A DNA stretch of 64,000 nucleotides from contig OZ193910.1 of the NCBI GenBank assembly GCA_964276515.1, positions 5,890,001 to 5,954,000 of the forward strand. The letters run 5' to 3'. Of this stretch, positions 13,183 to 25,310 are shown in pieces; positions within the stretch are counted from its first letter, which is position 1, and every line of letters starts with the position of its first letter. A program made the translations under genes and the position numbers. This DNA is from Gordius albopunctatus (taxonomy: Eukaryota). Below the pieces are notes generated by a model. That model was not told where the DNA came from. It worked only from the letters and a program-made list of their open reading frames with translations, and did no database searches.

Positions 13183-14517
13183 TAACACTACCAACGACGG
13201 TCGCAAGTCCGTGTGAAAAAAGTGGAGGGTTGGCGTCAGGTCGGAAGCCGGCTGTAAAAAGCAACTCCAAACACCATGGCAGCTTCAAATACGAACTTAT
13301 ACCAGAATGCTAGGGCGTCCTCCCCAAACGACGCGCATTGCATCATCCGCCCGTGCAATGTGAAAAGTATACAAGGGTCACCGCCTCACTCACAACGAAG
13401 GCGGTTAAGGAACCTAGTTGTCGAACGGACAAGAGTGGCTAGCTGGAATGTGGGCACGCTGACGGGGAAGAGCATCGAGGTTGCGCAGATGCTAAAAAGG
13501 CGAAGGATACACATAGCGTGTCTACAAGAAACGCGGTGGCATGGAACAAAAGCCAGGGAGCCAGGAGATGGTTACAAGCTATACTACTCGGGTTCCCCAT
13601 CACGAAAGAACGGGGTCGGTATAGTGCTTAGCGATTCCTTTAATGACAAGGTAGTCGAAGTCAAACGATGCTCAGATAGATTGATGTGCATAAAGCTGGC
13701 GGATCAAGGCGGCCTTGTCAATGTTATTTGTGCGTATTCGCCCAGGTTGGATGTTCCCAAAACGAGAAGGACGAATTCTATGAGAAGCTCGAAGAAGAAA
13801 TACGCTACGTGAAGCCTGACGAGAATCTCATCATCGGAGCAGACTTTAATGGGCACGCTGGGAAAGAAAGGGGCGTGTACGAACGAAATCACGGCGGGTA
13901 TGGCTATGGAGTGAAAAATAAAGAGGGAGAGAAGTTAATACAGATGGCGCAAGCTTATGATATGGCCATTGTGAATACCTTCTTTCAGAAGCGTACCGAA
14001 CATTTAGCGACGTACAGTAGTGGAAATCACCTTACACAGGTCGACTACATATTAGTGAAGCGCAAAAATTTGTGGCAAGTTAAAGATTGCAAGGTTATAC
14101 CGGGGGAAGAAATCGCCAAACAACATCGGCCAGTTGTCCTCGATATAGCAAGAAAGATTTTTCTCGTAAGGAGAAATGTCTACACACCAAGGACAAAGTA
14201 CGAAAAGCTTAAGGATGATCATGCAAATGAAATATTTCACGCTCGAGCAACTCCGCTCTTGAAGGTTGCAGGCTTGGAGGGCGACATTAACAAAAGGTGG
14301 GGCACCGTTGCAAATGTTCTAAAGGAAACGGCCTTTCAAATATTGGGACGAACTAAGGGCGGCAGAGCTCACAAGCGTGAACTATGGTGGTGGAATGACT
14401 CGGTCAAAGAGGTTATAGAAGAAAAGAAGGCGTTGTACCTACGATGGTACAAAACGAAGAAAGGAGAAGACTACGAGGCATATCGTGAAGCGAAACGCAA
14501 AGCTAAGATAGCGGTCG
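13183..14517 (+). mobile_element. RTE-clade LINE 5' part (APE endonuclease), cut at the duplication junction
   Basis: SWNVGTLTGKS, LQETRW, NGVGI, GADFNGH, NTFFQKR, QVDYILV, QHRPVV, WWWND; GC-richer than flanks. Confidence 0.92.
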
Positions 14518-15329
14518 AGTGTTTCGATCTCGACTCGGTCTCGAAAACAAAATCTCGTCTCGGAACCGATTATAAAAATTTCGATCTCGTCTCCTCTCGA
14601 CTTTTAAAAAAAAATTTAGTCGGAATAAAAATTTCTCGTGTTTAATATAAAAATATTAAATGCCAAAACATACATAATTATTTGGAAATAAACTTTGGTT
14701 GATTAAAAAAAATATTGTATATTTTTTTAAACTTTAATATACAAACTTTTCAACGATTTCTCATTCAAAATATAAAGATATGAATTAATTCCTAAAGATA
14801 ACATTTTCTATGGAAAGTGCTGATTAAAAGACAATAAATAAATTTGAAGTATAGAAAATTAAATTTATTGTTCTAGCAAATTATAACATTTGTATCAAAT
14901 TCACTGTTTTTATCAACTATAAATAGACTTTAAAAATAATAAATTCACATATAGTTGACTTAGTTGCATAATTGAGCAAATTGAGACCCTTCATTAACCC
15001 TGGCTATAGCTTCTTAGTAGACCTTAACATATTTAAGGCAAACGTTTAAGTCCATTGATACCATCATCAATTATATCCCATAGTGTTTATTGCATGTTTG
15101 CTATAGCGTTATAAACCATAAAGTGCGAGCGACTTTTAATGGTAATATTATTATTTACAGAATTGATAACTAGATGCACATATCAAAACGTTGTAATAAC
15201 AACAATAAAAGCAGCATTATTATAGGATTAAGAAGATAAGGTTTTAAATTGCACGTATTTAAATTTATGACAAAAATCATTATAATCAAATTTATCGAAT
15301 ACAGTATAGGTTCGTGTATTTATTTTATA

Positions 15330-16715
15330 ATAGATGAACCCGGCAAACTTTGTTTTGCCATTTACCCGGGTGCATTAAATTATGTTGGAATTTTAGGGCA
15401 TATATGATGATAAAGTGGTTATTGAAGTAAAAATAAAGTTTGATGTCTATATGTTCTACTTCATTAAGAATATATCAAATATAATTGGTAAGTGTTTATT
15501 ATGCAAAAAATGTTAAACAAATTATCGTATACGTATTCGTAAAGAGAATACGATTTAAAATATAAAAGTTTGAAGGAAGGGGAATCATCAGGAATAAATT
15601 GGGAGAATTTAGGAAAGATATTGTGGGATATTGGGACGAGCATAAGGACTTTAAATAAAGATTAATTTACAGCTTTACAGGATGCGTTGTCCTCCCCAAA
15701 GGGAGTAGTTAGAAGGGAGAATCAGGAGCTACATTTTTATTATATTAACTAAAACAAAATTATAATAATGATTAGAAACGCGTTATCAAATTCAATGATG
15801 CGTATTGATAGAAATAACACACACGTATAAGCGCGTTTGGGGGGGGGAGGGGAATTAGCACACACGTAAATAAAAATTAAATGTACAAGTACCGCCTTTG
15901 AAGTGGTAGGGTTCAGTACTATGTGTATATTAAAATCAGTACACAGATGTTACAATCAACGAACTCTGTGTTAGGGTACTTGGGGGGGATGAGTATCTAC
16001 GGATACGAAACAAATAGTTAAAGAGGGTCCAAGGCCCAGGCCCACCCAAGAGAGAAAACCTGGCCCCATGCCCTCCCCCAAGGGAAAAATCTTTGGCCCC
16101 CTGGCCCTTCAAGCAATTTTTTTAAATTTTTTGTAATTAAGAAACAATATCATAATTATAATTATTTGTTTCTGAATAAAACTTTTAATTCTGAACTTAA
16201 TAATGTCCAAAGAACTGAGATATATCAACATTTATTGGCACTTTGTTAAAAGTATTTTCATTTTTCTCCTTATTTAACGGGCAAAATAGGATAAAATAAG
16301 ATTTTTTAATTTATTTAGCCACGACGACCGTCCTATAATAATGGCGTGAAAAATAAGCAAAAAATGACTTTGATTTAATATTTCAAATCGTAAAATGTTT
16401 CCATTTTCCGCAGCACATGCCTACATTTATCACAGTACACTACCTACACACATGACGGTCTGATACACTTTTACTAAAGAACTGTATATTCAAATTTTCA
16501 AAGAACACGATGAGGTTGCGTTTGATTGACATTCTATTAAACGTCAAAACGTATAAAACAAACTCGAAAACTACTGGACCGATTTGGCTCGAACAAATTT
16601 TAAAACATGCTCCGGAGTGTCAGGAATAAACTGTGAAATTTTGAGACAAATCGGTCTAGTAGTTTTCCTAAATTGGTGGCGACACACATACATAGTTTCA
16701 TTTTTATATATAAGA
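15330..16715 (-). mobile_element. Non-autonomous Helitron-like element
   Basis: 5' end A|TCTTATATATAAAAATG; 3' hairpin GGCAAAACAAAGTTTGCC followed by GGGTTCATCTAT|T (degenerate CTAG); no TIR or TSD; 16097-16560 is shared with 2159-2670. Confidence 0.7.
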
Positions 16716-17292
16716 TTGCACAATTATGGAACCATAATAAATTTAAATGCACGTGCCAACCAAGCGCATTATGTGAAAATTAATGCATATGACAGAACTA
16801 TGTATTCACATGATGTCTTATTAAAATTCAAAAATTTTGGACGTATACTATTAGTTGAAGCATAAAAACCTCTAAAAAAACTCATGATTTAGATTTAATC
16901 TATTACGGTGTCGTTTAATACTCTATTGTACCTTTGAAATCGTTAGGCGGGTGCTCAAAATTCTCGACCCTATCTTAACCTGTTTAATTATTCAAACTGA
17001 TTGACCACCAATTTAAAAATATCGCATTATGCAGGATGCATAACTGTGAAATATAAATATTCCATCAGAACTCATTTCAAGTCTAAAATTTTGTAATATT
17101 TAATAATGCTATGGATAAAAATATGTGATAAAGATATTATAAAATTATTCAATGATTGCAAAATTTTAAATTTTTTGCAAAAATATATAATATTAACTAC
17201 ACTTAGGAATTCTTTTAATATCAAATATAATCCATTCATATTGATTTACACTGAATACCTTAAATCTAAATCATGCAAATTAAAATACACAA

Positions 17293-18143
17293 TCTATATA
17301 TATAAAAATCTAAGTCCCTTTTTTTTGAACGCTAATAACTTTTAGAGTTCTCAACCGATTGCCACCAAATTTGGCCAGATTATTGCCTTAGCATTGTAGA
17401 AAGTTTAGAGATACTTTTTATCACACTACGACAGCGGGAACCATGTTTTTTAATTTGGTTGACGCCATCTAGCGGACGTCAGCTACAACGCTTATCTCGA
17501 TTATTATTTTATTTTAGAGTTGTCGTCATAGTTTTAAATGTTTTTCCACTAATCTTTTGTCACATATTTCACTATTTTTATTCACCTTTGGGTTATTTTT
17601 TACATTATATATATATATATATATCTGTTACAACTAAATAATTAAAAACCGTAAAACATCAAAAATTTTATAATATAAAAAAGACACGTGCTTTGTTAAA
17701 GGTTTACGTATCTAAACGTTTGACGTGAAAATATTGTTATAATAATCAAAGCGCGCATCAAGAATCACATTTCCTGTTTCTAAACCGGATATTGGTTATA
17801 ATCATTATATACCATTTTCAAGTTTTAAATTCTTAATTTTATAATTGTTTTTAGGGCTTCACTGCCAACAATCCTTACTAATTCAAATTTGAAAATTACA
17901 TTTGTGTTTTTAGAGCTTTATTGACAACAATCCTTATCGATTCTTATAACTTGAATTTTTATCCCTGTGAAGATTGGTTATAATCATCAAATAACATTCT
18001 CAATTTTTTACTAAAACAAGAGGTAACTCTAATGCAAATTTGAAAATTACATTTGTGTTTTTAGAGCTTTATTGACAACAATTATTATAACTTAAATTTT
18101 TAATGTTGCATGTTCGCGCGTCGGCAATCCACAAAATTTGTAT
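17293..18143 (+). mobile_element. Helitron-like 5' portion, target of the hAT insertion
   Basis: A|TCTATATATATAAAAAT...CAACCGATTGCCACCAAATTTGG start; internal direct repeats 17880-17990 and 18035-18100. Confidence 0.55.
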
Positions 18144-18151
18144 ATCTACAC

Positions 18152-20702
18152 TAGAGGTGTGCACGGATCAATCCGATCCGATTTTAATTTCGGAAGTCGG
18201 ATCGGATCAACTAATAATTAAATTAATAATTTTTAGTATCATTCTTTTTTTACTTTACCATTTTTGATGCCCAATACCACCTCCTTACCCCTTACTTACC
18301 CTAATATATTTATCAGAATTTCCCTAGCTAGACGTAGACACGCATCTCTTTCTATTTCATTTCAACTCAACTCCGAAAATCATCAATCACTCCCCTTTCC
18401 TTAAAGCACACGCGTAGCTCCTTTCCCTCTTGATTTCGGGTAATCATGAATGATGTAGCTTGCCTTCTTAGAAGCAATCTCCATGGTGCAGCAGGGGTAT
18501 TGTCTGGTGTGAGTCACGCTGACTTAAGAGGAAAAAATAATGGGGGGGGGGTGTTGGAAATAATCATTTGGATTCGTAACAGCTAGCAAATACACCAATA
18601 TTGTTTATCAGATTAAAAACCGTCATGGAAGAAATAATAAAAAAATTTAAAAAAAATCTTCTCAAACAAGTTAAAAAAGAAGATGGAAAAAGTCAAATTT
18701 GGAGTTACTTTGACCTTATAAATGAAAATGATACATACACCGGTTATGTTATATGCAAGAAATGCCATCATATCTACACATATAATTCCATTCGAGGTAG
18801 TTCCCATCTTTTGCATCATAAATGTATTCCAAAAACTTCAGCTAAAAATACACTTGACAAATTTGTCACCAAACCTCTCGCTGAAATCACAAAATTAAAA
18901 AAAAAATTTGAAAAGCATATAATTTATTTTATTTCAAAAGATATTCGACCGTTTTCAATCGTTAACGGGGAAGGATTTAGAGCAATGCTCCAAGAAGCTC
19001 TGAATATTGGTGCCATTCATGGTCATATAAACGTTGATGAATTACTTTCAGATAGGACTACCTTAAGTAGGAATACAGCAAAACTTGCAGATGTAAGTAG
19101 AGAAGCATTAATATTAAAGTTACTCCCCCATTTAAAAGCAAAATCATGTTCAGCCACTCTCGACCTCTGGACAGATGACTTTGTCAAAATAAACTACTTA
19201 ACATTTTCTTTACATTATATATCCCTCGGAATCCTACATAAGCATATTCTTTTCACTTCAAAAATAGACGTTGAAAAAAAAACAGGGGAAAATATTTTAA
19301 GAGAAATATCTGTAAATTTTGAAAAACTTCACATCCCTACGGAATACATGAGATTGATAACTTACGTTACCGATCAGGGTTCTAACATGGTCAATGCCTT
19401 GCAAAATCATAAGCGAATGAATTGCACGTCCCATTTACTGAATCAATAAAAATGATTTTACATTCCATTACCCTCAAATTAATGACTTGATACAAGCATG
19501 CAAAAAGCTAACGACATATATGAAACAAAGTGGCAAAAATAAATATTTAAATCATACATTGCATCAAGCAATAGAAACAAGATGGAACTCCAGACTCGAC
19601 ATGTTTGAGAGCATATTGAAGGAGTATAAGGAACTAACCACATATCTAACTTCTATTGATATGCCAGAGAAGATAGATGTGATTGATAAAAATTTGCTGA
19701 CCAAACTAATAGAAGTACTCCGGCCGTTTAAAACGGCTTCTTTAGTTCTGGAAGCTGATCAACACCCAACCTTTCACAATATATTGATTCAATATTACCA
19801 ATTACTCAGTGATCTTTCACAATCAGACCACGAGCAAATTGATGATTTTGAAGAACATCACGAAATTAATGATCTTAAAAAAGATATTTGTACCACCCTC
19901 AGTCAAAATTTCTAATCACTCAACAACATAAAATTGCCACATTTTTATGCCCAAATTATCGCCAACTCAGGATGCTCCCCCCAAATGAGCGAGTAGGCGT
20001 AATTAATGAAATAAGATCTACACTAGCGTCTAAGGATTTTTTGGTAGATTCTGCAGCTGAGATTGAAAATTATGCGGCAAATAGTAGTGATAGTCAGCCT
20101 CAAAAAAAAGACAAAAAGTAATTAACATACATTTAAATATGCATTATGTATATATATTTTTTACATAAAATAAATTATTTAATTTATATTTTAAAATAGT
20201 TAATCAATGGGAAGATGAGCAGGAAGAAGATAAAGCCCCCGATGAAATCTCAATTTACCTTTCGTTAAAAAATGAAGATTGCAAATATGATTCAAAAAAA
20301 GATTTGCTGAAATGGTGGGTTTCATATCAAACAGTCCTGCCAAGGCTTTATAAGCTGGCAAATAAATTTTTAGCTATACCTGCTACCTCTACCACTTCGG
20401 AAAGAAATTTATCGGTGGCTGGAAGAACATTAGAAGAAAGAAGAACGCGAATTAAACCAGAAAATTTAGATTCTTTATTATTTTTATATGATAACATGGA
20501 ATTAGTCAAATAAAATTTTATATTTCAATCTGTTCGTAAAATTTTAATTAAAAAATTTCGGATCGGATGGGATTTAGATTTTAAAAAACTCGGATCGGAT
20601 CGGATTTAGATTTTAAAAAACTCGGATCGGATGGATACGAAATTTTTTAAAAACCCCTCGGATCGGATCGGATCAAAAAAATTTGATCCGTGCACACCTC
20701 TA
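18152..20702 (+). mobile_element. Full-length hAT DNA transposon (Hermes/hobo-like) with frameshifted transposase
   Basis: TIR TAGAGGTGTGCACGGATCAA at both ends; perfect 8-bp TSD ATCTACAC (18144-18151, 20703-20710); subterminal GGATC/GATCC repeats; BED finger (IWSYF..CKKC..HLLHH), TLDLWTD, VTDQGSNM, CTSHLLN, ETRWNS, IPATSTTSERN; frameshifts near 19450 and 19900; likely intron about 20118-20199. Confidence 0.95.
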
Positions 20703-20749
20703 ATCTACACAGATAATAACATGACCAAAAATATTGTCTATCCCCAAGC

Positions 20750-23130
20750 ATGCAAACATTTCAGCGCCTCATAGATGACATTTTTAATGGTTTGGATTTT
20801 GTGTATGCTTACATCGATGATATACTTATCGCCAGTTCCACAGAAAATGAACACAAATTACACCTCTCAACAGTTTTTAAACAATTACAAACATACGGTA
20901 TTCGCATAAATCTATCAAAATGTTCTTTGGGGGTAAAATCATTAAACTTTCTCGGTCATCATGTCGATCAAAATGGCATAGGCCCCTTGTCAAACAAAAT
21001 TGATGCAATTAGGGATTTTCCAATTCCTCAAACCATGAAGAGTTTGAAACGTTTTTTAGGTATGGTGAATTTTTATAGACGTTTTATACCAAATTGGGCT
21101 TCAATTTCGAAACCACTTACCGACTTATTAAACAATGATGAGAAAGATATTAAAATAACGGAGGCAGAAATGAATTCATTTAATCTCTTAAAACAAAGTA
21201 TAATTAAAGCAACCAATTTAGGATTTTTGAAATCAAACAGTTGGTTAACATTAACCACAGATGCTTCGAACATAGCAGTTGGGGGAGTTTTGCATCAGGT
21301 AAGCAATCACAAACAAGAACCATTAGCCTTTTTTTCTCAAAAATTATCAGCAGCTCAAGCACGCTATAGTACATTTAGTCGAGAATTACTAGCTATTTTT
21401 TTGGCGATTAAACATTTCAAACACATACTAGAGGGACGCAATTTTACTATATTTACGGATCATAAACCTTTAATTTATTCTTTCCAGCGAAAATTTATCG
21501 TTATTCACCCAGAGAAATCCGACATTTAGATTATGTCTCTCAATTCAGCACTGACATTCGCTTTATAAAAGGTAATAGTAATATTACAGCGGACACACTA
21601 TCTCGATCAGACATAAATTCTTTAACTTTACCTATTTGTCCGAATGAGATTCAAATAGTCTTGAACCAAATGAATGATACTGAGTTATTGCTCAACACTA
21701 ACTCTTTACGTCTCGTAAAATTAAAAAGCCCTGGTTGTCAAGAAGACATTCTTTGCGACATATCGACAGGTTCACCTCGACCACTTATACCAACAAAACT
21801 AAGAAAGTATTTCTTCGATCACTTTCACTCTCTTTCACATCCCGGGATTCGAGCAAATCAAAGACTAATTACTCGCAGCTTTGTGTGGCCCTCGATGAAT
21901 AAAGATATTCGGAATTGGACAAAAGAATGCATAAAATGTCAAAAGTCTAAAGTGAACAAACACACAATTACTTCACCTGGCACTTTTGACGACACCGACG
22001 AAAGGTTCAGTCACGTACATTTGGATGTGGTAGGCCCTTTGCCACCTTCATCTCACTACACCCATATTCTTACAGCCATCGATCGCTTTACGAGATGGCC
22101 AATCGCAATACCAATCAACGATATATCAGCCGAAAATTTAGCAAGAATATTTATTCAACATTGGATTGCCAACTTTGGTGTCCCAAAGATTATAACTACT
22201 GATAGAGGTGCTCAATTTACATCCTGTTTATTTCGAGAATTATCATCCACATTAGGATTTGACCATATCAAAACTACAGCCTATCACCCGTGTTCTAATG
22301 GTTTAGTTGAGCGCTTTCATAGGCAATTAAAAGCTTCCATCAGGACACAAGAAGATACGACAAAATGGAGTGAAACACTATCATTAATTCTTCTCAGCAT
22401 TAGGTCGACAATCAAAGAAGATATCGGATACACCCCTTCGGAAATGGTTTATGGGACGACATTAAGGCTACCAGGGGAATATTTTCAAAAATCGTTCATA
22501 GACTCATCAAAACCAGGTTATGTAATTAGACTTAAAGAAATAATGCAAAATCTAAAATTTTGCCCTACCAGAAGACATGATAAGAAGGAATATATCCCTA
22601 ACAATTTAAAAACATCAGATTATGTTTTTGTGCGCAATGACACGGTCAGAAAATCTTTACAACTCCCATATGATGGACCCTTTAAAGTGCTAAAAAGGAG
22701 AAAGAAATTTTTCATAGTGGAAAAGGGTAATAAAGAGGAAACCATATCACTTGACAGGCTTAAACCAGCATGGATCGAAACAAAAGAAAATTATAGTAAC
22801 ACTTTACCTGTTCAACAACGAATTTCTAGATATGGAAGAACTATAACTATTCCACAAAATTTTTCTTATAAGTTATAATGTGTATATATATATTTTTTTT
22901 AAGAGGGGGATATCTGTAGGGAAACAAATTACACTTACCTTGGAAAGATTTGGTTGTAATACGTACAAGGTGAAAATAGAAAGAATACAAACAAAACACA
23001 GAATCAACTTTCATTTGAATGTTATCGTTATCTATCGCTATATAAACTCACTCCTTTATAAGTTTTGTATCATTGTTCTTTTATCGTGTAATAAATTATA
23101 TTCCTCCTCTCTCACTAAACATTATTACTA
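20750..23130 (+). mobile_element. 5'-truncated Ty3/Gypsy LTR retrotransposon: RT-RNaseH-integrase, PPT and probable 3' LTR
   Basis: YIDD, TDAS, RELLA, TDHKPL; HHCC zinc finger, [27 protein letters not shown]; one frameshift near 21490; polypurine AAGAGGGGGA at 22901 followed by TGTAGG at 22915; LTR right end approximate. Confidence 0.9.
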
Positions 23131-24300
23131 GAAAATACTAGAAGTGATGTGCATGCTCATAGTTATGCCTCGATCATTAAATTTTTTATTAGCTTTTTTT
23201 CTAATCAGCTTTTTTTTGAAGAGCTTTATTTTTGAACACATTTTAGGGCCCAAATTTTTTATTAGCTTTTTTCTGATCAGCTTTTCTTTGAAGAGCTTTA
23301 TTTTTGAACAGAAACGGGGTATAGTGTTATATGGGCATATAACCCAATTAGGTAGAGAGGGGGGGAGGCTCAAAGGATGCCGCGATCTCGCATAGGGACT
23401 AATTGAATATTCGATATATTGGAAAAAGTAAAAATAATAGGGAAAAAAATGATTTTTCAATGTTTTACCCTAAGTTGGTTCTACCACTTAGAGGTTTAAA
23501 AAATTTTTAGCTATTCAATTCGTCAAAAAGTGCCCAAAACGGTCATTTTCGCAACTTTGAATCGAAATATCTAAAAAAAACTTGACGTATAGGAAAAAAA
23601 CGAAAAACATATTTGTGTTTACCACAAAAAACAGAATATGTTGACCGTTTAGCGGTTGATTAAACAAGATATTTATTTGTCGACTAGTGTTATCAATTGC
23701 ATTTGACCCATGGGCGTAGCTATGTTTTGGATAAGGGTGTGGGGGGGGGCGAAAATGTTTTATGGGCAAAACATAAAAAATTTTAATTTTCAAAGGTTTT
23801 TGCATCGAAATTTTATTTAAAAACAAGTTAGAGGGTAGGCAAGCAGTGTAAAAATATAATTTGTAGTCTCTTAAATAGTGCTTGTTAATTAACAGAGTGT
23901 GAAACGCATATTAATTATCGATACTAATACAAGGCAAAATGAAATTATGGCTGTTTTAATAGTAGAACTCTTAAGTTGTGTATTATTTAAGCATTGATAT
24001 TTAATATACTCGAAATTTCTTTATCGCAAAAATCTTTTAATCGCGAAGTTAACCGCCATTTTGTTTTGTTTTTAACGATAATATTAACAAAAACATCGTT
24101 TTTTGACAAATCGCTTAATAGTACAGTATCGGATATTCACAAACATTTTAGAGTCCTTAAATCAACCAGATAATTATATAAAATATCGTTTTATTGCGAA
24201 GCGTAACAAATGAATATTTAATATAATGTACATATACTTTTATTTTTATCGTTTAATCGCAAAATATCGGCTTATCGCGAATGTTTTTCAGGCCCATGGC

Positions 24301-24666
24301 CATGGGCGTAGCCAGCTTTCGGATCAGGGGGGGGGGGGCGAGCAAAAAAAATCGCCCCGAGACTAAGTGAGAGCAAAAAAAAAAAGGTCGCCAAGACCTT
24401 TTTTTGGTATTTAACTTAGTAATTAAAATATTTTGCTATTCTTTGGCCTCAACCCACCATTATTAATCAACAGTACAGTGTACAGAGGATATGTAAACGA
24501 TGTATGAAACATAAAACTTAATTTCAATCAGGGGGGGGGGGGCGAAACACTAATTTTTTCCAATTTTTACATAAATTTACATTAAAAAATAGAAAAATTC
24601 TCATTCAGGGGGGGGGGGAGCGGCCGCCCCGCCCCCCCTGCCCCCCCCCCCCTGCCTACGCCCATG
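24301..24666. mobile_element. hAT-type MITE with CATGGGCGTAGCC termini (family representative)
   Basis: TSD CCCATGGC/CCCAAGGC. Relatives at 3669-3795, 6129-6268, 6825-6884, 23709 (left end), about 27059-27220, 28250-28414, 29386-29552, about 31058-31212, 33467-33630 (TSD GTTTTACA/GTTGTACA), plus duplicates in copy 2. Confidence 0.85.
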
Positions 24667-25310
24667 CCCAAGGCTTTTCAATTAAACGGTTTTGACTGTA
24701 ATATTAATCTTTCTTTTATTTTAAAATAATTTTAATATTCTAATTTCATTATATCATTTACGTAATGTTTTTCCCAAATTTATTTGACAACGCTTGAAAT
24801 AATATATTGAGGTCAAATTTTATTTACAAATTTTGCATAGGAGATTATTAAATTTTCAGATCATATCTAACAAGCAAAAAAAACAGTATTTTTGCAAATT
24901 TAAAACCATCTGATAAAATTACCTTTAGGAGGCCAAAAATGGTTTTGGGAGCTTGGTGCTATTTATCTTCATTTGGAGATGGTTCAATAAATTTAATTAT
25001 TTAATTTTTATGGGTGCACACATGTGTCATAATTTTTCATTATACTAACTTTAATTAAATAATTTATGATGAACATATTGATTTTGCATTATTTAGCCTT
25101 GTCCGACTTTGTAATATAATTTCGATTAATGCAAAAGTATACTATTGAATTACTGCGCGAGTTAACGAGACTGACCCTACCACTTTAGACCTTTATTGAA
25201 TAAGCATTATAGAATAAGAGTGGGGCGCGTAAAAATTGGAAAAACCTCTATATAAAATAATCATACAGTATACGTATAATAAAGTCAAAGCACTGCTGCG
25301 AGGTAAAATT

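Larger units (their letters stand above)
1..14517 (+). repeat. Segmental duplication, copy 1 (runs off the window start)
   Basis: Collinear with 34155-48679; paired ORFs are offset by 34154 to 34162 (34119-34120 between the two large indels); identity ends after ...GATAGCGGTCG. Confidence 0.97.

Noticed and set aside
14486..14645. Novel C-terminus on the RTE ORF 13686-14645
   Set aside because: Read-through across the duplication junction into non-coding repeat DNA.
15141..15240. Candidate replacement exon 4 for the truncated FAM8A1
   Set aside because: In the required phase it stops within five codons and has no RDD similarity.
23128..23826. Overlapping 83-110 aa ORFs
   Set aside because: Arise from a 72-bp-period duplicated AT-rich repeat and a MITE; no protein motifs.
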